Shown here: piece after piece, positions 22,901-37,700 of the stretch
Position numbering within the stretch: position 1 is the first letter of the stretch
Layout: the number at the start of each line of letters is the position of its first letter
Origin: Selaginella moellendorffii
Lineage: Eukaryota; Plantae; Lycopodiophyta
Length of the DNA stretch: 64,000 bases
Assembly: GCF_000143415.4 (NCBI RefSeq)
Contig: NW_003314283.1
Coordinates: forward strand, 799,955-863,954
Direction of reading: 5' to 3'
The notes under the pieces: generated by a model
Databases searched by the model: none
Told to the model about the DNA's origin: nothing
What the model saw: the letters and a program-made list of their open reading frames with translations, nothing else
Position numbers and translations under genes: made by a program

Positions 22901-25900
22901 TTGATATTTTTATAATACTCCCCATAATACTAATGTGTCTCCATTTCTGTCTTTACTATTTCAAAAAATATATCATGATTGTTATGAATGTGACTTTGGG
23001 TATCGAAAATTATCTATTGACTAGTTCTTTCAAATATTTTTTCGTTACTGCTACGATAGTAGGAGGTTAGTATTCTTGGACCCTTTATCAGTCCCTCTTA
23101 TGCTAATGGAGTTAACTGGGCATTTTGAGTATACTTAAACCAGACAAGTATAAGTATGGAATTCCTACGTGTTATTAACTAAGCATACTTAGCCTGGTAA
23201 AAAGTTTTTGTCTTATTATGTTTTTCACTGGCTAGTGACAATAACCCTTGTGTATTGAGACTAATCCCTCAATATTGCTAGATGATAGCTTACTATGTTT
23301 GCCAAACATCCTCGCTATCATGCACTTTATATTAGTTCTATTTGGTCCTAATTATTGTTTATGGTAAGTGTTTAGATTTGCTAATTTGGCATATCTACGG
23401 AATGTAGAGATTGTTTTGAATACAATGGTATTTGTCCCATGTCTAAATTCACAATCTAGTGCCATTCTATATTTAATAAGTCTTGAGTTAATCCTAGAGA
23501 CTAACTTCTAATACTAAAGATGAGTAAGGGTGAAAGCCCAAAGCATACATTCCTTAAGGGGGGTTATAGGGGGTTTTAAATGTATAGTAGGGATAGTGAG
23601 TAGGTTAAGTATGGTTGACCAACCTAAGGCATAATCTAGTTATAAGGAATCAACTCCTTGAAGTGTCGAAGGCTAAAGGATCCCTGAGAGCATGACCAAA
23701 ATGATAAAGAGTTCATTGGATGAGACCGAGACTGAAATCAAGTCCGAGACCGACTCTAAGACTGAGTTGGAGACCGAGTCCAAGATCTAGTCCGAGACCG
23801 AGTCCGAGACAAAGTCCGAGATCGGGTCCAAGACCGAGTTCGAGATAAAGTCCAAGATCCGGTCCGAGATCGAGTCCAAGACCGAATCCGAAGTTGAGTA
23901 TGAGATCAAGTATGAGATCAAGTCCAAGATCGAGTCCAAGACCGAGTCCAAATACTAATACAGGTCGTGGAAACTAGTTTTGAAGGAACTCTTCAGTAGT
24001 GCTTCAAAAATGAATTGAGGTTGAGACTGAGGCTGAGGGGCCTTGCGTGGGAGTGAGCATGGACTCGGGTGGTGCCGAAGGGGCCACCCAAGGAAGTGCT
24101 CAAGAGCAGCTCCCACTCCTGGAAGGGAAACTGACTGCAGTGCTCCCCGCTCATGTGAAGTAGTCCCCCATTTAAGTATCTTGTGGCTCATTGGTCCTCG
24201 CCCTTCCTAGGGGCTTGGGCCTTCCCTTTGGGATGGAAGTGGGGGGGGTAGAGGTACCCATACCATGCCATTAGGCCACGGTGTTTCCCCTGGCGTCCCG
24301 AAGCAAGTGTTGCACCCAAGGCTTGGGATTTAGAGGGTCCCATAATCAAATCTTATTGAACCAAGGGATGTTAAGAACCTGTGGTGTGCTTGGCTGCTTG
24401 TGCTTGCGGGGAGTGTAGCCGAACCTTAAGTCCAATCTAACTTAGGAAGAGGGATTGGGAGAGATTTGGGAATCCGTGGATGGATGGATAATGCTCTGTT
24501 GATCGTGCAGTGAGTAATTGAAACTAAGTAGGACCAAGTAGGAGCTGGTACAATAGGTGGAAACCTTGGCGAGGGAACTTAGCTAAAGCCAAGGTAGTGT
24601 TGGTTGGATAGACGAGGTAAATTAGCAAATTAAAAAGGAAAAAGTGTGGCTTACAATTTGGTATTGGAGCCTTTTCCTTAGTTCTAGCAAAGGATAGAGG
24701 TGCATTGCTGTGAGATGGCAAAAGTAGGGTGTAAAAGAACCAAGGCAGAGATGGAACCTCTGTCAGAGCTGAAGCCTCCTGTTGAACAAAAGGCTAGGGA
24801 TGAGGAATCCTTGCATGAGGAGGATTCCAGTGAGGGAACTTCCAAATAGGAGTCTAGTGGCGAGGCTTGGTTGTCCAAGGTTTGATTAGATGTTCTAGAA
24901 GGATAATTGGCATAGACCAATGCCCTGCTGGAGACTCTCGTACGCAAGTTAAAGCGTGACGAGAGGCGAAAGAAAAAGCGAAAGACTATGGATGCTGGTA
25001 GTGCAGAAAGTGCAGACCCTTCGGCAGGGACTGAGGCAGAACCAAACAAGGTCGAACAAACCAAAGTGGAATCCATCTCTCAAACAGTTCCCAAGTACAA
25101 ACCAAAGCCCCCATCAGTCTTCAAGGGAGTGAATGATTATAAAGTGGTGGAGGATTGGTTTTACGATATGGAGAACTACTTTTGAGCATTGCAGTTACCG
25201 AACTCGAAGAAGGTTCCATATGCAAAACCATACTTGGCAGATAATGCTAAGTTTTGGTGGAGAATGACAGAGGCCAACGAAGAACCGGTGGCCACTTGGG
25301 AAATGATGAAGGCGAGGATTTGTGTGATTTATGTTCTTTTGAATGCTACTCTACACCTAAGGGATGAGCTGAGTAAGTTAAAGCAGATTGGAATCATTCA
25401 AGAGTATGTGAATGGGTTTATGGCAAAGAGGATACTTGTCACAAATATGGTTAACATGAATGCATTCCATGTTTTCATATTAGGCTTGCAAACCTGGGCT
25501 TGAAGCGAAGTGATGCGTTGGAACCCGACCAACTACAAGGAAGTGTTGAATGTGGCCATCAAGGTGCATTTCAATGATAACTTGCAAAAGGGGAACACGA
25601 CAGGGTCGGGGTCCATGTTTAGCAAATGGGCCAAACCAAAGGGGATATATGGCAAAAATAAATTCAAGAAGAGTTTCTTTAAGAATGAGTCATCGGGGTT
25701 CTGGAAAGGCAGATTCGGTGGCCAGTGAGCAAGTATGTGGGGGAGTCAAGCAAAATGGGACAAGCCCACAGATAAGAAGGTCAAGTTTGTTAGTAGCCTA
25801 GGAAACAACGTATGCTTCAACTGTGGTGAAGCAGGACACTTTTTGAGGGAATGTCTATACCCGAAGAAAGCCAGAGCCAATATGGCCATTAAGTTGGGTG

Positions 25901-28900
25901 AAATTTAAATTGAGGTACGTGATTCAGTCCCTAACTCAAAATTACTCATTACATAAGCAACTTTGGTAGAGAGTTGTTCTCGATATCTACTAGCCCTCCA
26001 AGGGAAGCTCAGGGGTAGCTTTGTTAAGATTTTTATTGACACAGGTGCTTTGGATAATTTTGTGGCTGCAAACATAGTCCGGCAAGCTAGATTAACAGTG
26101 CAATAGTTGGGCGAACCAAGGACTATAGAGTTTGTTCAAGGTAGCCAAAGCATCAATGAGGTACTTCGATAAGCAAGAGTCAAAGTAGAGACATGGAAAG
26201 TAGACATGGATTTCACCATGTTGGACATGGCGGGATTTGGCGTAATCTTTGAGATGGATTGGTTCAATCGATTCATGGTAGCCCTGCATGGACAAAGTGG
26301 GAACCTTGTGGTAATGGTGAATACCCGAGGAGAATGATCCAGAGTGGAGGCCTAGGATCTAAAGGTAGAGCAATGTAAGGCCAAAGACTCCTGCTTGAAC
26401 CTGGTGCCCACAAAAGGATAACTCACTAAAGGAACCAAGGCAGTATTTCTGTGCTTACTCTCGATGAAGAGTGACAAAAAAATGGGATTAAAAAAAGTGC
26501 CTTTGGTGATCTAGTGGGTGTTGGACTAATTCCAAGATACCATGCTGGAGGAGCTACCGGCGGGGTTACCCCCTGAACGACCGATAGAACATAAGATTGA
26601 GCTGGTCGAGGGTGCTAAGGTGGTGGTTCATCCCCCTTATCGATTGAATGAAAAGGAACTTGAGGAGCTCAAAAGCCAACTTGAGGAGTTTGTGGGAAAA
26701 GGGTATGTTAGGTTGAGCAAGTCACTGTATGATACACCGGTGTTATTTGTGAAAAAAAAAGATGGATCTATGCACATGTGCATAGACTACCAATTGCTTA
26801 ACAAATATATAAAGGAGAACAAATACCCTTTACCAAGGATTGAGGACTTGTTCGATAGGTTGGGAAAGGCAAAATACTTCTCGAGGATCAACCTAAGGTC
26901 AGGATACTACCAGATTAGGGTAGTAGAGGAAGATGTTAAGAAGACAATCTGTCAGACAAAGTATGGAAGCTTTGAGTTTCTAGTGATGCCCTTTGGGCTG
27001 TGCAATGCACCAACAACGTTCTCAGTGTTGATGAATCATATTTTTGTACCCTATTTGGATCATTTTTTGGTCGTCTACATTGACGACATCTTGATCTATA
27101 GCGAAATGCTAAAAGAGCATGCCGAACACTTAACAAAGGTGTTTGAGAAACTAAGGGAACACTAGCTATATGCTAAAGAAAGCAAATGTGACTTTGCTTA
27201 ACAAGAGGTAAAGTTTCTTATGCATATGGTAGGCAAGGACAGGCTCAAGGTGGACCCTGAGAAGGTTCAAGCGATCTAAGAATGGGAATGACTATCGAAT
27301 GTACACAAGTTAAAGGCATTTTTGAGGCTATGCAACTACTCCCAAAAGTTTATCAAACACTATTCAAGAGTAACTCTGCCTTTAACGGACTAAATGGGAA
27401 AATTATATGTGAACAAGACGTAGATGAGTTGTCCACTTAATTCCTCACGAGTGGCCTTTTTATTCCAAGTACTATGCAAACCCTTCCACCATCATGACAG
27501 TGGAATGCGAAGTGGCATTCATCCACCTCAAAGGGAAGTTGAGGAAGGCTCCTATGTTGGCATTACCAGACTTTGGTAAGGACTTTGAGGTAAAAACAAA
27601 TGCTTCAGACTTTGTGTTATGCGCAGTGTTGAAGCAAAACAACCATCCAATAGCATTCTTCTCGAAGAAGTTGGACAAGGCTCAGCGAAAGTGGCTTGCC
27701 CATGAGAAGGAATTGTTTGTGGTGGTCAAGGCACTCAAGGAGTGGCAACACTACCCTAGGAGAGAGTTCAAAGTTTACATAGATAATATGGTAACGAAAC
27801 ACTTTTTGTCACAGTCTGACCTAAAAGGGAAACAAGGTCGGTGGGCCAATGCTTTTGCCAAGTTTGATTGTGAGATTCTGTACAAGCCTGGGAAGAGCAA
27901 CATTGTGGTGGATGCTCTAAGTTGAAAAGCGAGCTTGAAATTGGTGATATCCAGTGCGACAACAACCTTTTGGGATGATGTGCGGATAGCATATAAGAAT
28001 GATGGTCTAGCACAAGAAGTGTTGCTAAGGAACCTAGAGGCATGGGAAGCTCATCAGAGAGGTGAGCTGCCAATGGAAGAGAAAACAGGCTATGCGGAAC
28101 ACAGTGGACTCATATATTATAAACAAACAAGGGTGTACATTCTAGAAGGGGAACTAAGGAAGGTAGCCTTAAAAGAATGTCATGACGGACTTTTTGTGGG
28201 ACATGGCGGAATGCCCAAGATGATGGGTTTAATCAAGAGGAAGTATCACTGGCGAGATATAGCTAAGAACATCCAAAACTATGTAAAGACATGTCTAATA
28301 TGTTAGCAGATCAAAGCCGTGACTAAGGCTAGTGGGGGTTTGTTACAAAGCATTCCAATTCTAGATTGTCCATGGAAATGTTTTACAATGGACTTTATCA
28401 TGGGACTCCCTCGAAGCGAGGGGTTTGATGTGATATTTGTGGTGGTGGACCGGTTTTTGAAGATGGCACATTTAATACTCATCATAACAAAAGTGGATAT
28501 GGAAGGTGTGGCGAAACTGTTCTTTGAACAAGTGGTTTGAGTGCGGGGAAGGCTAGAAGAGATTATCTCATATCGAGATAAAATCTTCATTAGTAGGTTA
28601 TGGAGAACTCTTCTAGAATAGTATCGCACCAAATTGAAATTCAACACAGCCTATCACCCATAGATAGGTATTGGGTATTAAGTCAAGGTTGATGGCACTA
28701 ATACTTCTTGACAGATGGACAAATGGAAAAGGTGAATATGTAGTTGGAGGATTATTTGTGATGCTATATCTCAGGAGACTAAACATATTGGGTAAGTCAT
28801 TTGGGACTTGCGAAAATGTGTTATAACAACTCATCATATTTGAGTATCGGGGTGAGTCTATGGGAAGTCATCAATGGGTAAGTTATTAAAGGTCCTATGG

Positions 28901-29369
28901 AACTCGGCATGGCCGAGTATCATAGAGAGTTACCCGAAATGGACATTCATGACAGAAAGGCTCAACATTTGGAATCTAGTGAGGGATCCCTTAGAACAGG
29001 CTTAGTGCCAGGATGTAGAGTTCCAACCTAGGGAGAAAGTGTGGCTGAATACTAAGAACTTAAGACTACCAAGTGGGATCAGCTAGAAGTTGACCCAAAA
29101 GTAAAAATGCATGTATTCATACAAATGAACTGATTCTGAGTTCCTTGAGCAAGTTCATGGGGCTTTACGAGATTGAGGCACGAATTGGTAAGGTGGCTAA
29201 TCGCCTCTGACTTCCTCGAGAGATGGGGAAGATGCACCCTATGTTATATGTGAACTTACTTAAGCTGTACTTTGAGGATCTGCTTCACAAGGACCAAATA
29301 AGACCTTTACCTAAGGTTATCCAAGGGGAAGAGGAATGCAAAGTTGAGACCATCCTCAATATGTGCAAG

Positions 29370-30527
29370 TGTAGCGCACGTGGTTTTTACCCTTTATCCT
29401 ATGGTGATTTACCATAGGATAACACCCTGGAGCAGAACCTAAACCCTCTATGTGCCACGTGATAGATGCTATGTGTCACATGCCACATGTCCAAAGAAAC
29501 GTGGTGTGGAACTTGAGTTTCAGGGCCTTGGGCCACTAAACGAAGGAACGGTGCCAAACTCTAAAGCTTGGAGCCAAGGAAGAATGGCACTGGGGCATGG
29601 AACGACTCCCAAGCATATAGCCCAAGGAGTGAAGGGGTAGAAGCCCAGAGCGACTTGGAACAGTCCTAGGGCAACCAGCATCCCATTGCCAAGACTAGCA
29701 CGCAAAACAGAGCCAAACGAAGTCTGGTGCTATTTCGGCATACCGGTGGCCTAACGCAAGGACATGGGTACTCCACCAGCTAGCATAGAATGGAACTTGG
29801 GCTTAGACCCAAGCCAGACGTAGAACAAAGACAGACACATAAATAAGAGCTAGACTATGCCTCAGGTTAGTCGGCCATGCCCAACCTACCCACTATCCCT
29901 ACTATACATTTGGAACCCCCCACATCCCCCCCCCCCTTGANNNNNNNNNNNNNNNNNNNNNNNNNNNNNNNNNNNNNNNNNNNNNNNNNNNNNNNNNNNN
30001 NNNNNNNNNNNNNNNNNNNNNNNNNNNNNNNNNNNNNNNNAATGTCCCTAGATTGCGAATTTGGATATGGGACGAACACCATTGTATTCAAAACAATCTT
30101 TACATTCCGTAGATATGCCAAATAAGCAAATTTGGACACTTTCCATAAATAACATTTGGGACCGGAATAAGACTAACACAAAAGGCATGATAGCGAGGGT
30201 GTTTGGCAGACACGGTAAGGTATCATTTAGCAAATATTGAGGGACCAATCTCAATATAATGAGGGTTCTTGATACTAACAAGTGCAAACCAATGACACAA
30301 GTTTCTCAAACCAGGCCGAGTATGCTTAGCAAGAAACACATAAGTTTCCTACCTTATGTTTATCCAATTTAAGTCCGTGTTCATTGACCAGTTTCTCAAC
30401 TAGCTCAAGTGGGAATTGATAACGGGTCTAGCAATACTGACCTCTTGCCATCATGGCAGTAAGGAAAGAGTGTCCATAAGGACTAGCTGACAAGTATTTT
30501 TCGATACTCGAAGTCATATTCGCGACA
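29370..30527 (-). mobile_element. Family-2 solo LTR (contains a 100-N gap) inserted in the chromodomain of element 1
   Basis: TG...CA ends with TSD GCAAG at 29365-29369 and 30528-30532. Confidence 0.85.
29941..30040. other. Assembly gap (100 N)
   Basis: Run of Ns. Confidence 1.
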
Positions 30528-32409
30528 GCAAGAGCAAGCAACAAGGATGCGAGGTGAGGGAGTTCTATGTGAAATGGAAAGGATTTCCACACTATGAAAT
30601 GGGAACTAAAGGAGAACCTAGCAAACGCGTGGGATATAGTGAAGGAATTTTTGCAAAGTAGAACTTTATGTACTTATGCAAAATTCAATTAAAGAATCTA
30701 TTTTGAGAAATTGAGCAATGTCATATGTTGGGACTTGAAGGCATGTTGAAGGTAAGCTAATTAGCATGGGTTAACTAGGTCGACCAAGCATAGGAAACTA
30801 CGCTCGACCCCCTGCAGGGATGTCGAATCCGTAGACGTATTCTACAGAGGTTGGGTTCGAGTCCCAACCCCCTAGTAAAGCAAGGCTGGGTTCAGGTCCC
30901 AACCCTATACTAGGGCGTGGTGAGAGGAGGGGTGTAGGGACACCTATACTTTGTTGTCATGGGCTCTTGGCCGGGGAGGCTAACTTAGGCATACCGCTAA
31001 GTGGGGGGATGCCCCCGGAGACATGGTCAACAAGTTGTAGAATTAAAAAGAGTCGTTCGATGTGGGCATCAAACTTCTTCTATGGGTGGTGGAGTTGTAA
31101 GGAATCAACTCCCCGAGGTGTCGAAGGCTAAAGGATTCCCGAAAGCGCAATCAAAATGATAAAGAGTTCATCGGATGAGACTGAGTTCGAGATCGAGTCC
31201 AAAACCAACTTTAAGACCAAGTTCGAAACTGAGTTCGAGACCGAGTCCAAGACCGAGTCTCAGATTGAGTTTGAGATCTGATATCGGGTCCGAGATCGAG
31301 TCCAAGACAAGATCTAAGACAGGGTCCGAGATCGGGTTCGAGATCGAGTCCGAGATCAAGTCCAAAACCGAGTTTGAGATCGAGTCCGAGATTGAGTTTG
31401 AGACCGAGTCCAAATACTAATATAGGTCGTGGGGTGAAAGCCCAAAGTGTGTGTTTCCCAGTCTCCCGGGGGGGGGGGGGGGGGGGGGGGAACTACAGGG
31501 GGTTTCAAAAGTATAGTAGGGATAGTGAGGTCTAGGAACCAGTCTTGAAGGAACTCTCTAGTGGTGCTTCTAAATTGACTTGAGGTTGAAACTGGGGCTA
31601 AGGGGCCTTGGGTGGGAATGAGCATAAACTTGGGTGGTGCCAGAGGGGCCACCCAGAGAAGTGCTCAAGGGAAACTCGCACTCCCGGAAAGGTTGGAAGT
31701 GAGGGGGTAAAGGTACCTATACCATGCCGTTAGGCCACAGTGTTTCCCCCCGGTGTCCCGAAGCAAGTGTTGCACCCAAGGCTTGGGATTTAGAGGGTCC
31801 CATGATCAAGTCTTATTGTACTAAAGGATGTTAGGAACCTGGAGGCTTGGTGTGCTTGGCTGCTTGTGCTTGCGGGAAGTGTAGCCAAACCTTAAGTCCA
31901 ATCTAACCCGAGGAGGGGGATTGGGAGAGATTTGAGAATCCGTGGATGTGGATGGCTAACGCTCTATTGATCATGCAGTGAGTAGCTTGAATTTGGAATT
32001 GAACTCCAAGCCCATTGCATTACAAAATGAAGGTCTAGTACAATCCCACAAGCACGAGCTCCCCGTATACAATACTTGCACACAAAATGGTGTCAGATGG
32101 TGTTTGGCACGATTTTGGCATATCGGTGGCCTAAAGTGAGGAGGATCAACACATAAGGCATGATAGTGAGGGTGTTTGGCAGATATGGTAAGCTATCATG
32201 TAGTGATATTAAGGGACTAGTCTCAATATCGTAGGGATTCCCAACACTAGCATATGCAAGTCAATTAATGGGTTTTTCTAACCAGATCAAGTATATTTGA
32301 CTAATAGCATTCATAAATTTCATCCTTATGCTCATTTGGTCAAGTGCACACATGATGACCAATTTCTCAACTAACTTGAGTAGAGACCATAAAGGCAACT
32401 TTCATATAA

Positions 32410-34116
32410 TCATCTATATCTGCTGCTATGAAATAGTTTTCTATATTGTAAACCTAGTCTTCCAAAACTTGATAATCCCGCATACCTCTTGAAATTGGGT
32501 GGTTTTAGAGGCTTAAACTTTGAAATTTGTGCAACCTGGGGCAATTGCAAAACTTTATCATCCTTAGAACTTGAAGAAAAGTTTGGTTTCTTAAGTTTAG
32601 TTGGTTTAGTTGTTTCAGCTTCTTTCTTCCTCTTCTTGTTCTCCTTTTTCAACTTGCGAACTTCCCTTCGCAAATTCTAGATCTTAGTTTCCTTAGCCAT
32701 ATGCTGCAGTGACATAGCATTTGGCTCTTCCTCTTCTAACTCAGCGTCAACCTCTTCCGCAATATCTTTAAGTAGGAGTTTCCTCCTCTTAATTCACCCA
32801 TCTAAAAGTTTTAGCATCATTAATATGGTTCCTTTTCACCATCCCGCTAACTGCATGCATGCCTCTATTAGTAATTGAACATGTATATAACATTCTTACT
32901 AAATGGTGCAATCCAACTAATCTTACATAGGTCACTTTGGATCTACTAGAAAAGTCTTTGCGTATGCAACTTGAGTTAGAAAATCTGACAAAAGTTGAAT
33001 AAGAATCAATGAGATAATTTCTCTAATACCAAATGTAGCGTACTTGAATTTGGAGTTGAACTCCAAGCCTGTTACGCTACAAAACGAGGGTCCAATACAA
33101 TCCTATAAGCACCAGCTTCTCGTATCTAGCATCTGCATGCAAAATGGTGTCAAACAATGTCTGGCACGATTTTGGTATACTAGTGGCCTAACGTGAGGAG
33201 GAGGGTACTCCACCGACTAAAGTAGTATAGAGCTTGGGTTTAGACCCAATCTGAATGCAAAACAAGAAGCAACATAGTTTAGTGGAAGCTAAACTAATAT
33301 CTCAAGTGGTCGGACATGCATTCTAACCACTATCCCTATTATACATTTGGAACCCCCCATAACACCTCCACCCCCGAGGAACACACACTTTGGGCTTTCA
33401 CCCCTAGCCTCCTTTAGTACCAGGAGTTAGTCTCTGGGACAAACATGAAATTTACTAAATATAGAATGGTGTTAAATCACAAATCCGGAAGTAGGAACAA
33501 CATTATAAAGTTCAAGACACTCTCTACATTTTATATATATGCCTCTTAGATGGGTTTAAACACTTACCATAAATAGCATATGGTTCTAGAATGGAACCAA
33601 CACATAGGGCATGATAATGAGGGTGTTTGCTAGACACGGTAAGCTATCTATAAGCTTCTAAATTTGAACTTCCCGAAAGGTCACCTAACCCAGTATTATT
33701 CAAACCCAAGGACACTTATCCCCAAATATCCCAAGACCCTTAACCAATTAGAAAAGGGGGTGCACTCTTATTCATGGGCCCTTTCCCTTTATATTTGAAT
33801 CCCATGGACTGTCTCTCGAGTCATTCCCTTTGGTTGTTTACACTATCATATAGCGATATTAAGGGACTAGTCTCAATATTGTGGGGGTTCCCAACACTAG
33901 CAAGTGTAAGTTAACGAATGAATTTCTCTAACCAGGTCAACTATGCTTGATTAATAGCATTTAAGAATTTTGTCCTTATGCTCATCTAGTCAAGTGCACA
34001 CGTAATGACCAGGGAAATAGCAATACTAACCTCTTGTTATTATGGCAATAAAGAGAGAGTGTCCATAAGGACTGGCCGACAAACATCTTTCGATACCTGA
34101 AGTCACATTTGTGACA
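32410..34116 (-). mobile_element. Truncated LTR element (family-2-like LTR, PBS, gag start)
   Basis: LTR 33034-34116, minus-strand PBS-like tggtattag at ~33023-33031, gag-like FKPLKPPNFK..EDWVYNIENYF. Confidence 0.7.
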
Positions 34117-34722
34117 CTATCCTTGTTCTACATCTGTTTTAAATCTAAGCCCAAATTCCACACTATGCTAGCTAGTGGAGTACCCATATCCTCATGTTAG
34201 GCCACCGGTATGTTAAAATAGAGCTAGATTCTATTTAGCTTCGTTTTAAATGAAGGAATGGAGCCAAATTCCTAAATATGGAGTTAAGGAGTGAAGGAAT
34301 TGGAGCACGAAGGAACTTTTGAGTGTACAACCTAAAGAGCAAAGGGATAGGAGTACTGAGCAACTTGAAACAATCCTAGAGCATTTAACATTTAATGCTA
34401 GGACCAACACACAGTGGCTCAATGCCCTAAAACTTGGGTACTCCCTTGTCCTTGGACATGTGGTATGTGGCATATAGAGGGTTTAAATTCCACTTTGTGG
34501 TTATCCTATAGTTAATCACTATGGGATAAAAGGTGAAAACCATATGTGCTACATTTGGTATCAAAGGATGAGTCTTAACAAGTACTATCCAATGAAATGA
34601 TTTCTTGGGTGATTTGTGACTTGTGCAGTATGAGAAAGAAGTGATGATTCATAGAAGAATTCTAGAAATATGGAGCTCATGGGCAACTAATCTCATTGCA
34701 TACGCAAAGATGAAGACAATAA

Positions 34723-37700
34723 TGTAAAGAACCAACTCGCCAAGGTGTCGTAGGCTAAAGGAGCCCCGAAAGCATGGCCAAAATGATAAAGAGTTCATCG
34801 GATGGGACCAAGTCTAAGATCGAGTCTAAGACCGACTCTAAGACCAAGTTCGAGATAGTGTCCGGAATCGAGTCCGAGACTGACTCGGAGACCGAGTTCG
34901 AGACGGAGTCCGAGATCCGAAACCGGGTCCGAGACCGAGTCTGAGGTCGAGTTCGAGGTCGGGTCCGAGATCGGGTCCGAGATCGAGTCCGAGTCCGAAT
35001 CCGAAGGATCGAGTCCAAGATCAAGCCAGAGACTAAGTTCGAGTACTAATACGGGTCAAGGGGTGAAAGCCCAAAGCATGCGTCTCCCGGGGGGGGGGGG
35101 GCTGCAGGGGGTTCCAAAAGTATAGTAGGGATAGTGAGGTCTAGGAACCAGTCTTGAAGGAACTCTCCAGTGGGGCTTCCAAATCGACTTGAGGTTGAGA
35201 CTGGGGCTGAGGGGCCTTGGGTGGGAGTGAGCATGGGCTTGGGTGGTGCCGGAGGGGCCACCCAGGGAAGTGCTCAAGAGCAGCTCCCACTCCCGAAAGG
35301 GAAACCGACTGCAGTGCTCCCGGCTCATGTGGAGTGGTGCCCCACTTGAGTACCATGCGGCTCATTGGTCCTCGCCCTTCCTAGGGGCTTGGGCCTTCTT
35401 TTGGGATGGAAGTGGGGGGGTAGAGGTATCCATACCGGGGCGTTAGGCCACAGTGTTTCGCCCCGACATCCCGAAGCAAGTGCTGCACCTGAGACTTGGG
35501 ATTTAGAGGGTCCCATGATCAAGTCTTGTTGTACCAAGGGGGGTTAGGAACCTGGAGGCTTGGTGTGCTTGGTTGCTTGTGCCTGCGGGGAGTGTAGCCG
35601 AACCTTAAGTCCAGTCTAACCCGGGGAGGGGGATTGGGAGAGATTTGAGAATCCGTAGATGGATGGCTAACACTCCGTTGCTTGTGCAGTGAGTAGCTGA
35701 ACCCAAGTAGGACCAAGTAGGAGCTGGTACAATAGGCGAGAACCTTGGCGAGGGAACTTAGCACAAGCCAAGGCAGTGTTGGTCGGATAGACGAGGTAAG
35801 CTGGCAAATTGGAAAGGAAAAATTTGTGGCTTACAATTTGGTATCGGAGCCTTTTCCTCAGTTCTAGCGAAGGATAGAGGCGGATTGCTGGGAGATGGCA
35901 AGGGCAGGGCGTAAGCGAACCCAGGCGGAGACGAAACCTCTGCCGGAGCTGGAGCCTCCGGTCGAATAAGAGGCTATGGATGAGGAATCCTTGCATGAGG
36001 AGGACTCTAGTGAGGAAACTTCCAAATAGAAGTCCGGTGGCGAGGTTCGGTCATCCAAGGCTCGATTGGATGTGCTAGAAGGACAGTTGGCACAGACCAA
36101 TGCCTTGCTGGAGACTCTCGTACGGAAGCTAAAGCGTGACGGGAAGCGGAAGAAAAAGAGAAAGACTACAGATGCTGGCAGCGCAGAAGGTGCAGACCCT
36201 TCGGCATGGACTGAGGCAGAACCAAACAAGGTCGAACAGACCGAAGTAGAATCAGTCCCTCAGGCAGTTCCCAAGTACAAACCAAAGCCCCCACCGGTCT
36301 TCAAGGGAGTGAATGACTACAAGGTGGTGGAGGATTGGTTTTACGATATGGAGGACTACTTCCGAGCATTGCGATTACCGAGCTCGGAGAAGGTCCCATG
36401 TGCAAAACCATACTTGGCAGATAATGCCAAGTCTTGGTGGAGAACGACGGAGGCCAATGAAGGACCAGTGGCCACTTGGGACATGATGAAGGCGAGGATT
36501 CGTGCAACATACGTTCCTCCGAATGCCACTCTGCATCTGAGAGATGAGCTGAGTAGGCTGAAGCAGACTGGAACCATCCAGGAATATGTGAATGGGTTCA
36601 TGGCAAAGAGGATACTTATCACGGACATGGGGGATATGGATGCGTTCCATGCCTTCATATCAGGTTTGCAAACCTGGGCTCGCGGTGAGGTGATGCGTTG
36701 GAACCCGACCAACTACAAGGAAGTGTTGGATGCGGCCATCAAGGTGCATTTCAATGATAACCTGCAAAAGGGGAACACGACGGGGTCGGGATCCACATTT
36801 AGCAAAGGGGCCAAACCAAGGGGAATGTATAGCAGGGGGAAATTCAAGAAGAGTTTTTCTAAGAATGAGTCCTCGGGGTTCCGGAAAGGCAAATCCGGTG
36901 GCCAGCGAGCGAGTGCATGGGGGAGTCAAGCGAAAAGAGACAAACCCACGGGTAAAAAAGTCAAGTTGTATAGCAGCGTGGGAAACAACGTATGCTACAA
37001 CTGCGGTGAAGCGGAACACTTTTCGAGGGAATGTCCCTACCCGAAGAAGGCCAGAGCCAATATGGCCATCAAGTCGAGTGAAGTCCAAATTGAGGTATAT
37101 GATCCAGTCCCTAACTCGAAGTTACTCATTACATGAGAAACTTTGGTAGAGAGTCGTTCGCGACATCTACTAGCCCTCCGAGGGAAGCTCGAAGGTAGCT
37201 TTATTAAAATCCTTATTGACACGGGTGCTTCGGATAATTTTGTGGCTGCAAACATAGTCTGGCAAGCCGGACTAACGGTGCAGCGGCTAAGTGAACCAAG
37301 GACTATAGAGTTTGTTGAGGGTAGCCAAAGCACCGATGAGGTACTTCGACAAGCGAGAGTCGAAATAGGGACATGAAAAGTAGACATGGATTTCACCGTG
37401 TTGGACATGGCGGGATTTGACGTGATCTTCGGAATGGATTGGTTTAATCGGTTCGTGGTAGCCCTGCATGGACAAAGTAGGAACCTTGTGGTACTGGCGA
37501 ATGCCCAAGGAAGAAGATCTAGGGTGGAGGCCCAGAATCTAAAGGTAGGGCAAAGCAAGGCCAAAGATTCCTACTTAAACCTAGTGTCCATGAGAGGACA
37601 ACTCACTAAAGGAACTAAGGCAGCCTTTTTATGCTTACTCTCGGTGAAGAGTGACAAAAAGACAGGGACGGAAGAAGTACCCTTAGTGATCCAGCGGGTG

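Larger units (their letters stand above)
23641..31990 (+). mobile_element. Ty3/gypsy chromodomain element, family 1, copy 1 (degenerate)
   Basis: 5' LTR 23641-24655, PBS tggtattggagc. gag-PR-RT (YIDD)-RNaseH-IN with many C>T stops. Chromodomain split by an insertion. 3' LTR from 31096, truncated near 31990. Confidence 0.9.

Noticed and set aside
27400-27495. ~95-bp insert in element 1 as another intron
   Set aside because: Absent from copy 2 and lacks GT-AG boundaries that restore the frame.
31168-31420. Ser/Glu/Arg-rich ORFs in the LTRs
   Set aside because: Translations of the hexamer array, with inconsistent frames among LTR copies.
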